NCBI GenBank assembly: GCA_963924565.1
Contig: OZ004607.1
Location: 30,194,001 to 30,258,000 of the forward strand
Direction: 5' to 3'
From: Ascidiella aspersa
Taxonomy: Eukaryota
DNA length: 64,000 nt
Positions 24,301-35,867 of this stretch are shown here, one piece after another. The translations under genes and the position numbers were made by a program. Every line of letters starts with the position of its first letter. Position 1 is the stretch's first letter. Below the pieces are notes generated by a model. The model was given only the letters and a program-made list of their open reading frames with translations, was not told the DNA's origin and made no database searches.

Positions 24301-27300
24301 AAATTAATGTTTATTCGAGGGGAGGGGGAGGGGATAATCGGCACTTATGGTGATATGTATTGGAAGCATATATTAAGGGGAAGAACGGATAAAATATTTA
24401 TTTTTTCGGCAAATCGGGCCTTCCTTGATCAGCTTTTTTTGGAAATTAAAGAACGAATCCATTAATAATGCGATCGAACAAAGCAAATAGACAAAGGCAA
24501 TAGCATTAAATGTACACCACGATGGGAGTTATATTTTTAATTTTCTTTTTCGAAAAGTCGAATAATTATTTGTTAAATAGGATTTATTATACCAAATTAA
24601 TTCCGCAATACAAAACACAAACTGCAATGCGCCTCTGCTAAAAACACGGGTTGCGAATAAATAAAATGAATATTATAATTTAAATGGAATTGATTGTATG
24701 CCACGCTTGCTCACAACCAATGTCAATGACCATTTTAACTACGGTAATAGGGCCCAGCTAAATCAAATAACAGCGACCCATGGCCTCAAAATCAATGTAC
24801 AAACCACCATCAGAAAACACTAATTTAAACAAGCCAACAATGATAAAATCTAGAGACGAGCAGTAAGCAAGGGCCCTGTACAGCCAAAGAACTTACTACG
24901 AAATAGCATGGATTCGCTGAGCACTTGACTGATGCTGTGGTCGTTCTGCTTGAGCTGGTGCGAGTAGCCGTAACCCAGAGCGCCGTAGCGGAAGACGAAC
25001 TCCATGTCGATGTCGGCCACCTTCTTGTCCTTCACCATCATGGGCAGAAGCTTGTAGCCGTACATGTCCTTGATCAGGTCGAACATGTGCAGGGTTGCCA
25101 CACTGCGCACAACTTAAATGTTTGAGGCAGTGGTTCTTACTTGTTAAACGGCTGGTTGACCCTTAAAATCCTTTGGGGAGACAGCTATAACTTGTTTGAA
25201 AACATAACCTGATAAGAATGATCAACAATTTTAATAAACAATAGAAAACTGTTGAAGGCATGGATGGTTGTTATTTTCAAAGGTGAAAAATGGTATCTCT
25301 TAACATTTATTCATTTACCCTCTAAAAACTGGGTGAGGTTAATGCTCAAACGAGTGGATGATTATCCGAACTCACTGATATTTAGGTTAAATGGTCATGA
25401 TATATTGTGGTAAAATGACTAAAGTCAAATTTGTTCGTTGTAATCACTTAAGTCGGTGATTGGATCGTGTGAAGATCGATTTGACTAAAGTCACCGATGT
25501 GCATTAAGGATTATTTAGGTTGCAGTCCAGCAAGTTTTTATCACCCCGCAGTTACTGATGTTTAACCACCAAACTGACTTGACATGAGTGTAGGATGATT
25601 TGATTTAACTACTTGTAAAGTATGTTGAAAGTAGGGTGATCTGTGCTGAAACACTGCGCGTGGGGTGTCAAGTTTAGTGGTGAGTGACTTGAATATAGTG
25701 GAAAACAATTTAACTGAAGCCATTAAAATAGATTCACGATAAATTGAGAAGCCCTTAAGCCAAATATAATCACCCTTTTTGCAACGTGAGCACTAGAGTC
25801 AATGATCGCCTTCATTTGAGTCAACGACGTTTGGGTGTCAGTTAAATTTAGTCACGCTGTGGGTGTCCTAATAACTTATGTCATTGGCGCAGTTTACTAA
25901 AGGTACACATCGGTAACTTAAGCCAATTAATGAGTAGGCTACCCGGGGTCAAGTCAATCCTTCACTTAAGCCTTATTTCTGAATAGCGTGGTCTTGTGTA
26001 CAGCCCCAAAAGCAAAAGTACCGAATAGTAACTGACCCGACATTGAGCATGCTTTTCCTCTGATTGGCTGCCTGGCTGTCAACTTCGATCAACTCAAACT
26101 TGATTGAGTTGCGCGGATCGTCGTTTCTCGCCACCAGATCAAGTGAGAACGTCTATTTGTATTTTGACGTCAATTTATGACGATTTTTTTTTAAGTGTTT
26201 TGCCCACGCCAAGCAAAAAATATTTTTAGGGGTCCTCTGTAAAACAAGTTTAAGAACTTCTGGTGTAGGGGTTCTTAAACTGGGGCCTGTAAACTAGTGT
26301 TAGGTGCCATAAACTCCATACACTCCTAGTAGAATTCTTAGTGTTTTATTTAAAAATAGAATAAATGTTTTAAATACCGTATATAGAGTTTAATTGTAGA
26401 TATAATGATTGGTCGCATTTTTCTTAAATGTGTTTAAACGGCAGGTTAGTTTAATAATTGTTTGACCGAAAACAATAGGTTATTTGATTTATTTTTTTAT
26501 GTCACTCTGGTCCACGCGAAAGAAAAAAATATATATGAAAGAACATATATGTAAATAAAATTTTAGAGGTGGGCGTTAAAAAAGTCTGCTTTATACGACA
26601 TAATGCGAAAATTTTTATAAATAATAAGATGACAGAAACATAACAATTAATACAAAATATTTACTTATGTGTTTCGAAATTTATACCACAAAACATGTAA
26701 TGCGTGGACTTACAGATTACACTCATTAGTGTGCGGTTTGTAATCGTCCTCTTCGAAGAAGAATGGGCAAATTTTAGCACTTTAGGAACAGTATTAAGCA
26801 CAGTTATTTATAGATGACATTTCTACCTTAAGCTCGTCAAGTGTGATTTCGGCGTTTGCGTTGGCCAAACTATCTCGGTGCTGCGCGGTGGTGAAACTTT
26901 TGTCCCCCGGTGCAATGGATCTGCGTGTGCGCGATAATAACGCTTAAGAAAAACAAGTGGGAAACACGAACAAGTCGAACATAAAACCGAGACACTCAAA
27001 AAGCTTAGAACTTTATGACTAAAAAGTGAGTGCGCTAACTTTATCAGTAGGGCTGCGAAGCGTGTTCAATAAGTTTGTAAGGGTAACACTAATTTGAATT
27101 GTCAATAATTTACAAAAATCATTGATATTAATATACAAGACATGATCTAACAGTGACAGATTTTAATGAATTTGCTGATACTCTTTATTTTGCGGTTGGC
27201 CGCTTACAAATATTAAATGACGGTTGTATCAAGTAAGTTATAAATAACCAGTAGAATAATTGAGTTCCGACAGAATCATGAATTTGTTCATAGTATAAAG

Positions 27301-28038
27301 AGTTATTTCGCCCAGATTGAAAGAATACGGGCCACGACTTACCTTCTGTTCCACAGCTTTGCTTGGCGGTTCATGACCAATTTTGGCTTCGGGTTTGCCG
27401 AATCCCGTTTGATGTTTACAATCTTGGAGCATTTTACAGTTCCCTAAAATAGCACTAATTTCAGCTAAATGCTTTTATTATAGAGAACCAAGGCCCAAAT
27501 GTGTTTTTTAGTCGTTCCGACAAGCCGGTGACCTATTGGCCTGTTGCAATCAAATTTATTTGTTTCGACTGAGTAATCTAGAATGCTATTGGACAACGTA
27601 GCATTTTTAGTAAAATTCGATTAGATTATAACTAGAATTAGAGCTCACAAGCAACTCACAAACTAGATTAGAATACGAATAAGCCGCATTTTGCTGTAAT
27701 TCATGGATTTAGAAGAGTATAGACTTATGTATAGTTGTCTGAGTCTGGTTGCAATCGCTCGGTTCGAAAACTAGGTTAATTTTTCGTGTGAATGCGGCTG
27801 TCTGCACAACATCAGCTTTTACTTGCCGTTCGACAAATAGAGAACAATCGGTAAACATATATATACATGATAGCCGCCAGGTTGTAAAGCATTTTTCATA
27901 AGGTTCAGTAGGCCTTATACTGCACCTGAACTGTTATGCGCAGAAACAGGCGAATCTCTCCGCAGCCAGCAAACGTTGACGTGAAAAAGAATGTCTTGCT
28001 GAAGTTTCGTAGCGATTTCGCATGTATTCCCAGAAGAG
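18371..28038 (-). CDS. C2CD6: C2 calcium-dependent domain-containing protein 6 / ALS2CR11 (CatSper-tau)-like; 5' start not resolved
   Basis: Phase-consistent exons: 27926-28038 (LLGIHAKSLRNF..LFLRITVQ), 27343-27443 (GTVKCSK..), 26827-26920 (..EITLDELK), 26037-26152 (TFSLDLVARNDDPRNSIKFELIE), 24897-25102 (..MEFVFRYGALGYGYSHQLK..SESMLFR), 23505-23689, 22922-23051, 21661-21862, 19742-20078, 18371-18523 (TAG). These match, from memory, the C2-domain region of mammalian C2CD6 (LLAVHIKNCRHF, AVKCTK, DDKRNNILLELI, EFMFSYGNFGYGFSHQLK). Confidence 0.8.
18647..19260. mobile_element. Composite MITE: gagtcg-family element with a nested caggggttcttaaact hAT MITE (~18747-19082)
   Basis: The outer sequence matches the 10991-11363 family. 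The inner element begins caggggttcttaaactggggtcc. Confidence 0.6.
21387..21648. mobile_element. hAT-type MITE rich in AATTAC repeats
   Basis: TIRs cagagttagatcaatt / aattgatccaactctg with perfect 8-bp TSD tttcacac. Confidence 0.85.
22656..22901. mobile_element. hAT-type MITE
   Basis: Inverted ends cagtgtttcttaacc / ggttaagaacccttg. Confidence 0.65.
23733..24044. mobile_element. hAT-type MITE
   Basis: Ends cagttcggttctgaaact / agttttggaatcactg with perfect 8-bp TSD atttagca. Confidence 0.8.
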
Positions 28039-28533
28039 CTGAAAAAACATCAAGCGTCCAAGACAAAAACAACGAAATCTATCGAATGTGGCCCTTATGT
28101 TTTGCGCCCGAACGTTTTGATGACATCAGTTATAAATACTTAATTCTGCAGCTTTTTTTCGTTTCTCTTTAATTAATTTAGCAAGCATATCCGGTTCCCA
28201 GCATTTACCAGCTGCGTTTATATTGCATTAGTTAGTTCAACCGCCGCGTTACATAAAGCCTGCAGAATAATAGTACAGTACAGTAGCGCAGTGGCAAACG
28301 CAGCACTTTAGAAATTGAAAATAATGGGTAATATTTTTCCGTTATCGTTGCTTTGAATAAATTCCTTCAGTGTTATAAACAAATTATTTAGAAATGACTT
28401 GGCCCAGTTAAGTAATTTAAAACAGTGCCTTAGTCAATACACACCCGATCCATTAGAGACTAAAAGTATAAGTTTTTCTTTATTTGTGTGTTTGTTTACG
28501 CCCCACAGGCCTGTAGTTGCAGACCCCTCACTG

Positions 28534-28546
28534 GTTTCATGGCAAC
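28534..28546. promoter_or_regulatory. RFX X-box-like motif upstream of the C2CD6-like gene
   Basis: GTTTCATGGCAAC is close to the X-box consensus GTNRCC-N(0-3)-RGYAAC typical of ciliary/flagellar gene promoters. It lies ~500 bp upstream of the first recognised exon. Confidence 0.45.
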
Positions 28547-29020
28547 ATTTTGTTGTAGCAAATAATTCTATCGATTTTATTGCATAATTCGCTAACCTTG
28601 TGGGAGCCCATTGCTAAATTCTTGTCGTTTTTTTCTTGCGATCGGATCAAGTTCCTGTAAAACTAACTTTGCCGCAGCCGCAACTTTTAAATCCATTGAA
28701 TAAAAGATTGTAAAAATGTTTAAAAAAACTCGTACCAGATCAGCTATTTAGCAAGAGAAGATTGTTTATGACGTAACTATCGTTTTGCGGCAAGTTGCCC
28801 ATGCGTTACGACAACGACAACTAGCTTGTTTACAAAAAATGTTTTATTAATTGGAGGTTAGTTTATTTCTTTCAGATTATTGTACTTTCTTTTCTATAAT
28901 CAGTGTTTTACCTGTTTCATGTCAATTTTAAAATCTTGTGCAAAAAACTATTTTTTCTGTACATTTTTACGTTGCGTCTGTACACGATTCCCGTCACTGC
29001 CAGTGCTTACTAAGAACAGT

Positions 29021-29716
29021 ATGTCAAACGAAATCCACGTTTCTGAACTGAGAAAGAAGTACAAGGAAAGCCATGAATATTTCGATGAAAGCGTTGCCAG
29101 CGGCATAAGTCCAATCACTCTTTTCGAAAACTGGTTCAATCAAGCCAGAAATGAACCCGCCATAAAAGAACCCAATGCCATGTGTTTGGCAACGGTGAAC
29201 AGCGAAGGGAGACCAACGGCAAGAATGGTCCTGCTTAAAGATTTCGGCCACGACGGCTTCAAGTTTTTCACAAACTACAGAAGTGCAAAAGCCAAGGATT
29301 TGGATGGAACCCCTTTTGCTGCCTTGGTGCTCTACTGGACCGAACTCTGTAGATCTGTACGTATTGAAGGGACTGTTGAAAAGCTGTCGACTGCTGAAAG
29401 TGCAATTTATTTCAGCAAACGACCAAAGGAGAATCAAATTGCCGCTCATGTTAGTAACTATCAGAGTGAGCCAATTGAAGGTCGACAGGTTCTGGAAAAG
29501 CGTGCGAAAGCTTTGGATGAAGAATACAAGGAAAAGGAAGTGCCTTGCCCTGAGTATTGGGGAGGCTATGTGGTCAAACCAGACAAATTTGAGTTCTATC
29601 AAGGCCAATCGTCAAGAATGAGTGATCGCATTGTGTTTGCAAAAACGCATGATGAATCACAGAAACTCTGGAAATCTGGTGATGATGGATGGAGCTATCA
29701 AAGATTGCAGCCTTAG
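29021..29716 (+). CDS. Pyridoxine/pyridoxamine 5'-phosphate oxidase-like paralog 1 (intronless)
   Basis: Contains SELRKKY, EPNAMCLAT, PTARMVLLK, FFTNY.S.K, VRIEG, WGGY, EFYQGQSSRMSDR and GWSYQRLQP. Confidence 0.93.
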   Translation: MSNEIHVSELRKKYKESHEYFDESVASGISPITLFENWFNQARNEPAIKEPNAMCLATVNSEGRPTARMVLLKDFGHDGFKFFTNYRSAKAKDLDGTPFAALVLYWTELCRSVRIEGTVEKLSTAESAIYFSKRPKENQIAAHVSNYQSEPIEGRQVLEKRAKALDEEYKEKEVPCPEYWGGYVVKPDKFEFYQGQSSRMSDRIVFAKTHDESQKLWKSGDDGWSYQRLQP

Positions 29717-29947
29717 AAAATGATTGTTCAAAATTGCCAGCATTATTGCTCCAAGCCACGTAAACAATAAAAAAGCAACATTTGTTTATAGTTTTCTATA
29801 TGCAGACATTGTTCAAATTTTCCTTTGTGCTTGTTAAGTTATACTGTACCTAGATGCAATTGTTACAGCAATAAATAAATAGATATAATATAAGTATAGT
29901 AAATTAGTGTTAAAATTTATTTAATATTCTTTAGGCAATTTGTTAAA

Positions 29948-30634
29948 ATGTCTATGTCAGAATTGAGGCAAGATTATAACGATGAAACTAACCCTCTTAC
30001 TGAAGATGGCTTCACCTTCAAAAATCCAATAAAGATTTTTGAAGAGTGGTTTAGAATTGCCAAAAACACCAGTGGAATTTTTGAACCAAATGCAATGACA
30101 ATAGCCACTGTCACCAAGGAGGGTTTACCTACTGCTCGCATAGTCCTACTGAAAGATTTTTCTGAAAAAGGTTTTACGTTCTTTACACATTACGGAAGTC
30201 CTAAAGCACAGGATTTGGAAACCACGCCATGTGCTGCATTGGTTTTCTACTGGCCAAGTTTGTTTTGGTCCGTTCGCATAGAAGGAAAAGTTGAGAAGCT
30301 ATCGTCCATAGAGAATGACAGATACTTTGACAGCAGACCACGTTTACACCAGATTTCAACCAGAATTACGGAGCATCAAGGAGCCTTGGAATCCAGAGCT
30401 GAGTTAGACAGACGTGTACTTGAATGTAAAAAACTTTATGTCGACAAAAAAATACCAAGGCCCGACTTCTGGGGTGGATATATTGTCATTCCAAAGACAG
30501 TTGAATTTTGGCAGGGTCAGAGTTCAAGGTTGAGTGACAGATTTCTGTTTAAGCGTAGTGTTGATGTTGCAAAAGATAGTGTTGACTGGAAGAATGGTGA
30601 TGATGGTTGGATGTATCAAAGATTGGAGCCATAA
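29948..30634 (+). CDS. PNPO-like paralog 2 (intronless)
   Basis: Contains SELRQDY, EPNAMTIAT, ARIVLLK, YFDSRP, WGGY, EFWQGQSSRLSDR and GWMYQRLEP. Confidence 0.93.
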   Translation: MSMSELRQDYNDETNPLTEDGFTFKNPIKIFEEWFRIAKNTSGIFEPNAMTIATVTKEGLPTARIVLLKDFSEKGFTFFTHYGSPKAQDLETTPCAALVFYWPSLFWSVRIEGKVEKLSSIENDRYFDSRPRLHQISTRITEHQGALESRAELDRRVLECKKLYVDKKIPRPDFWGGYIVIPKTVEFWQGQSSRLSDRFLFKRSVDVAKDSVDWKNGDDGWMYQRLEP

Positions 30635-30774
30635 AATCATTGTTTTATGTAATATTGATTTTCAATGCTAATGATTTTTCCATACCTTGCAACCGTTAAT
30701 TTAACCACAGTTCGTTTTTAGAGTATTTGATATAATACCTGAATATTCGTTAGATATTATTGTGGGTGCAATAA

Positions 30775-32310
30775 CACTGGTCTACAAAAAAAAAAAAAAA
30801 ATTCGTCCGGTTTTGATTTTGTCAACTGATTCTAACTAATTTGGGACGGTGAATCCGAATATGAACGCAGATTTGCTCTATCACATCAGGGTTTTTTCAG
30901 TAATGAAAACTTAATTTTACAACTCAACATTATGGTTTGACTACTTTAATAGGTTTCTATATGTGTTAAAGCTCTCTTTATGCTTGTCATTTTCGTTTTG
31001 AAAAAAAGGGCGCAGCTACCATTTAAAATACCCACGGTACCTCCCGACCTATTGCTCATAGTGACCAAGTTTCATTTTCTGTTTTAATTCATCTTTCACA
31101 AATTGACGAAAGGAATTTCACAACATCCTAATCAGATTTATCACAAGACGAACACAAAAAATTTTAAATGAAAATCTTGCCTTAGAGATTACCAGAAAAA
31201 CGTCTTCTGTATCCAGATACCAGTGTAACATTTTACAGGAAGAGAGAAGAAATGCTTTTGAAATAGTTTATTTCATACAATGTTTTCACATGTTGCAATG
31301 ATACAATTCTGAGGAATGGAGGCTATCAACTTAAAACGCAGTTTTATGTGAATGTTACTCACAATGGCAACTGATTAGGCTCCATTCCTATTGGGCACTC
31401 AGTTACTTTAAAATAAAAAAATGAAAATCATCAAGCTTGCTTTGAACAAATTAAAATATGAGCAATATGGTTGACCAAACTGTGTCTACTTAAAAATGGT
31501 GACATTTTTACTTAGGCAACAATCTAGATACACCAAGCTTTTCTGCATTGTTATTATTGGGATCCAAACAGCAACAATGGACTTAAAATGTGCATTCCTC
31601 AAGAGATAGTTTAACCCATATCATCCATGAACTACTGATAACAGCAGAAAAGATCTTTTTTTCGCCTTCGCATATCAAGCTTGTATTCATGAAGCAATAT
31701 GTTAAAGCTCTCAACTTTCATGAAGAATGCTTCCAATATATCGGCTTAAAGTTTCTTGAGCCAACTCAGGGAAAACTAAAAGCTTGAATATTTAATGCAC
31801 CTTAAATTCGACAACTAAAAGACTTAAATGTAGTGTCATCTATGTCTTCGAAGGCAGCTAGAGCTATGGGTTCAAAAGAGCTCTACCAAGGACGATAGAA
31901 CTGTCACATGGCACAGTATTGCTGGAGTTTAAAAGAGATACTTAAAAAGCATCATACAACAGAAAAAAATCATTGAAAAGAAAATTGTTCGTCATTGTAT
32001 TTTGGTAACTGATTTAGTGTTTCCGTATTTTATTTAAGTGATATGTTTACATTATTTACATACATAAATTATATTTCTGAATAGACCTATTTGCTAATGA
32101 ACTTATAGATATGTTATCATATATAGATAATTCTCTAGTAGGATCTAGAATGTGTTTACATTTTTAACCAAAAAGTTCAATTTTTCTTTTTAGAGCATGT
32201 GACTTTTGACGTGTTAGACAAAAAAATAATTACAAAATTGAAATAAGCGACCTCAAGTTACTCTAAATCAGTTTTCAAAGTCAACGCCGGAAATTTTGTG
32301 TTGACCAGTG
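30775..32310 (+). mobile_element. Decayed Chapaev3-like (CMC superfamily) DNA transposon
   Basis: TIRs cactggtctacaaaa / ttttgtgttgaccagtg, flanked by taa / caa (TWA-type 3-bp TSD with one mismatch). Interrupted transposase remnants CVYLKMVTFLLRQQSRYTK (~31481-31540) and SHIKLVFMKQYVKAL..CFQYI..KF..KLKA*IF (31660-31800). Confidence 0.75.
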
Positions 32311-32383
32311 CAATTTAACAGAAACACTGCATATGTAGCAAATAGCTCTACAGGTTATAAGAAGAATTCTACCTCACATTACA

Positions 32384-34196
32384 ATGAACTTTATTCGTAT
32401 GTTTCAAAGTCCTGTACCAATTGCCAAGATTCAATATTGGTGCGGAGTCAAGTGGTTAGTTCCAGATGCAAACAACCCGATTTATCCACAAGATAAAACC
32501 AATAGTCTATCAAAAGAAGCAAAGAAACAGCGGTACATCATTACTAATAAGAGCCTTCTCTGGTTTGCACGTGCAGGCTCTGAACTTGCAGGCGAGCCGT
32601 TTTACTATATATTCTTTCCTGCATGCTCTTGGATATTTGAAATCCATTTGTCAAGGAAATGTCTAATAATGCTTGCTGCTGTTATGTATGTAGGACAAGG
32701 TCTAAAAGTAAGTATTGAATTTATGCAAAGTCAAAGAACAAAGTCAATATTCGCTAAATGTTATGTTTTCTAGGATATTTTAAGGTGGCCACGACCCACC
32801 TCACCACCTGTTATTCGACTTGATGAAGCCTATGAAACAGAATATGGCATGCCTTCCACTCATACCATGTGTGCGGTTACTGTTCCTCTTACTTTACTGC
32901 TGTTTTTGTCACAAACTTATGAGGTAAAAATCTGTGTCACTTAACTTATTCGTTTCTTGGTCTAAAATGCACTAAAAAACGTTTTTAATTTCAGATTCCC
33001 ATGCTGAATGGCATCGTCCTCGCAGTGTTATGGATAGCCCCTGTTATTTTCAGCAGAATCTATCTGGGCATGCATTCAGTACTGGTAAGGTAAATCATGT
33101 TAAAAATTGTATTTTGCCATCGTTATGGCTGATATGTTTTTTGCAGGATATCCTTGTTGGAACTCTACTATCTGGGGTTCTTGTTAAACTTTTCGACCCA
33201 ATCGTAACTTGGATTGAAGAAGCTCAATTTAGCAACGCCAACCATTGGTCTGCCTCACTTAGCATCACTGCATTTTTCCTTGCTTGGATTATTTTCAAAC
33301 TGGACTCAACCGTGGACCCAGCAACGGGAAAGCCAAAATGGAACACAGCTCGGGGTGACACAGCTGAAATACTGGGGTGGTGTGCTGGTGAGTTTTTAAA
33401 CAACATTTACTGATTTTTCTGATGCATATTAACATTGCTACACATGATTTAAACCAGGGGTATAATATAACCTGGGGTTACACAATTTTCAACAAGATAG
33501 CAGTATTAGTTCACTTGTCATTAAACTTAAAACTAGTTTAAATCCTGGGTCTGGGGTCCATGTGACTATGTGCATTTACATCAATTGTTTCAACATAATA
33601 GTTATTTTTTAATGCAACGAAAGTGCCATTAGTAATATTACCGATAGTATATGGGATGTAAAACTTTTGGTCAAATGTCATGAAAGCTTGAAGTATACAA
33701 CACAAAAAAGGTTTTAAGATTCACTGATTTACAGAAAGCCTGAACAGTTTTTCTTTACATATATACTGCAGAATCTTCAATATTGAAAAAACAACTTTAT
33801 CACAGTTAATAATGTTGCTGTTCTGCCTTATTCATAGAAAAACTTCAAACTAAAATTACAATTGCAGGTTTTCTTGCTGGATCAAGCAGTGAATTTGCTG
33901 ATTGTCTGATGTCAGCAGCAGCAGGAAGTCACTTTATTACAAGTGCCAATTCCAATCCATCACTACGCTATCTGTTGCGTTTTGCAGCCGGTGGAGTTCT
34001 GCTGGGACCAGCCACTCTACTACTGCGCAAACTCTTAAGAAGATGTTGCATGTCCCTGAAAGGCGTGACCAATGTAGAGAAAGCTAAGAGAGAACGTTGG
34101 ATAGAGCTACCATACAAGTTTTTGGCGACATATGCATCAGGCCTAATAAGTACAGCTCTGGTTCCACCTTTACTGCAGAGATTTAATTTGTGGTAA
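32384..34196 (+). CDS. SGPP: Sphingosine-1-phosphate phosphatase (SGPP1/2-like, PAP2 family), 5 exons
   Basis: Exons ~32384-32707, 32774-32923, 32995-33084, 33147-33387, 33868-34196. All three PAP2 motifs are intact: KDILRWPRP, EYGMPSTH and SRIYLGMHSVLD. NTARGDTAEILG and ELPYKF are typical of SGPP. Confidence 0.9.
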
Positions 34197-34855
34197 CTGA
34201 ACTTAACTATCTGATGCAAAGCTATTTATTGTTTGTTTTTTTCTGAAGGCAAATGTATTTTCATAGATTTATGAATTTATTATATAGTGTTTTTGTTTTT
34301 TTATTTTGTGCAAATATCAAAATTGAATTATAAGTAGCAGTCCCAATGTTATAACCAGGACTTGTGGAGTACGATTCGTGTAAAAAGATCACCAGAATCC
34401 CACATGCGTATGCGTAGTACCCGATTTCCAACCGTTAAATCCGCCTACTTTAATTGTAAACTATCTTTAAACACATGCTGAGGTGGATGATTGTATGACA
34501 CCCCTAGGAGTGGATGGTTGAATGTCCAACTTATTTTAGTTATGTAAAAGGATGAAATGCAGGGTGTAGAGTCAGACTCGGTTATTTTAAACGTCACTGC
34601 ATTGGTGGTTAAAACCATCTTATCAATCTATTTGATAAAGAATTTTTATTTTTAGTGTTAATCAAGATGTTTATTATTTAGTTTCGAAAGATAGCATTGA
34701 TATTTTCGTACTCACATATAAGATTTTAAAACTTTATAATGGTACTGTGTTTAAATTTTATGCAAATTGTGCTTGTATTTTATGTTTTTTGCATATTTAT
34801 GAAAGTTAATGTTGCTATCTGTTTGTTGTCGTAGAACAATTTGTTTTTTTTGGTA

Positions 34856-35614
34856 ATGTTTACAGTAAGACACATAAATAGATTTCTGGTGAAAAAATCT
34901 GCAACTCCTTTTTTAACAATGTCATCACAAAGCAGTTCCAGTGTTGCCAACAACTATGTAGAAGCCCCAATATCACTCAATGAATCCACATTACCAACTA
35001 AAAACCCCATTACATTGTTTGAAAGCTGGTTTCAACAAGCCAATCGCAACCCTCACACTAAAGAACCTCTTTCCATGGCCTTGGCTACAGTTGACGAAAG
35101 AGGGCGTCCTACGGTGAGAATGGTTTCTGTAAAAGGATTTGGTCATGATGGTTTTAAGTTTTACACAAACTATTGCAGTAACAAAGCTAAAGATATGGCT
35201 GCAACACCTTATGCAGCCCTTGTAGTTTATTGGGTGGAGCTCTGCTGCTCGGTTAGGATAGAAGGCAAGGTTGAACGACTCACACAACAAGAAAACAAGG
35301 TCTACTTTGATCAGCGACCGAAGCCTATGCAGGTGGTCGCGGTGGCGAGTGAAAAGCAGAGTTCGTTCGTCAAAGATGCAGATGAGCTGGAGGCAATGCG
35401 GAAGAGAGTGGAGACACACTATAAGGGTGATAATAACATACCTTGTCCAGAATACTGGGGTGGGTACAGACTGATGCCTGACAAGGTGGAGTTCTGGCAG
35501 GGTCAGAGCTCACGCATGAGCAACCGGATTGTGTTTGTTAGGGAACAGGAAAACAGGGACAAAGAGTGGACACAGGGCGAAGATGGCTGGATATATCAGC
35601 GATTGCAACCCTGA
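34856..35614 (+). CDS. PNPO-like paralog 3 (intronless); alternative start at 34919
   Basis: Contains EPLSMALAT, PTVRMVSVK, FYTNYCSNK, YFDQRP, WGGY, EFWQGQSSRMSNR and GWIYQRLQP, plus a basic N-terminal extension MFTVRHINRFLVKKS. Confidence 0.92.
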   Translation: MFTVRHINRFLVKKSATPFLTMSSQSSSSVANNYVEAPISLNESTLPTKNPITLFESWFQQANRNPHTKEPLSMALATVDERGRPTVRMVSVKGFGHDGFKFYTNYCSNKAKDMAATPYAALVVYWVELCCSVRIEGKVERLTQQENKVYFDQRPKPMQVVAVASEKQSSFVKDADELEAMRKRVETHYKGDNNIPCPEYWGGYRLMPDKVEFWQGQSSRMSNRIVFVREQENRDKEWTQGEDGWIYQRLQP

Positions 35615-35867
35615 CTTGTTGACATTTCTTGAAATGTTTAGGCTGTATTCAATTTCTTAATTATAAAATTTATTTAGTAATTATGCACATATGACCAAGG
35701 TGATCCGTTGATTCTCACACTGTAGTCTATCTTTCTTCCCTTACTTTTAAGTGAAAATGCACATTTTGATGAAATTTTTCATTAGGACTTCTTCATACCT
35801 AAATAATTAGTTTGTTTCAATCTATAAAAAATTCATAAAATATGCAATCTTATTTACAGATTACCCC

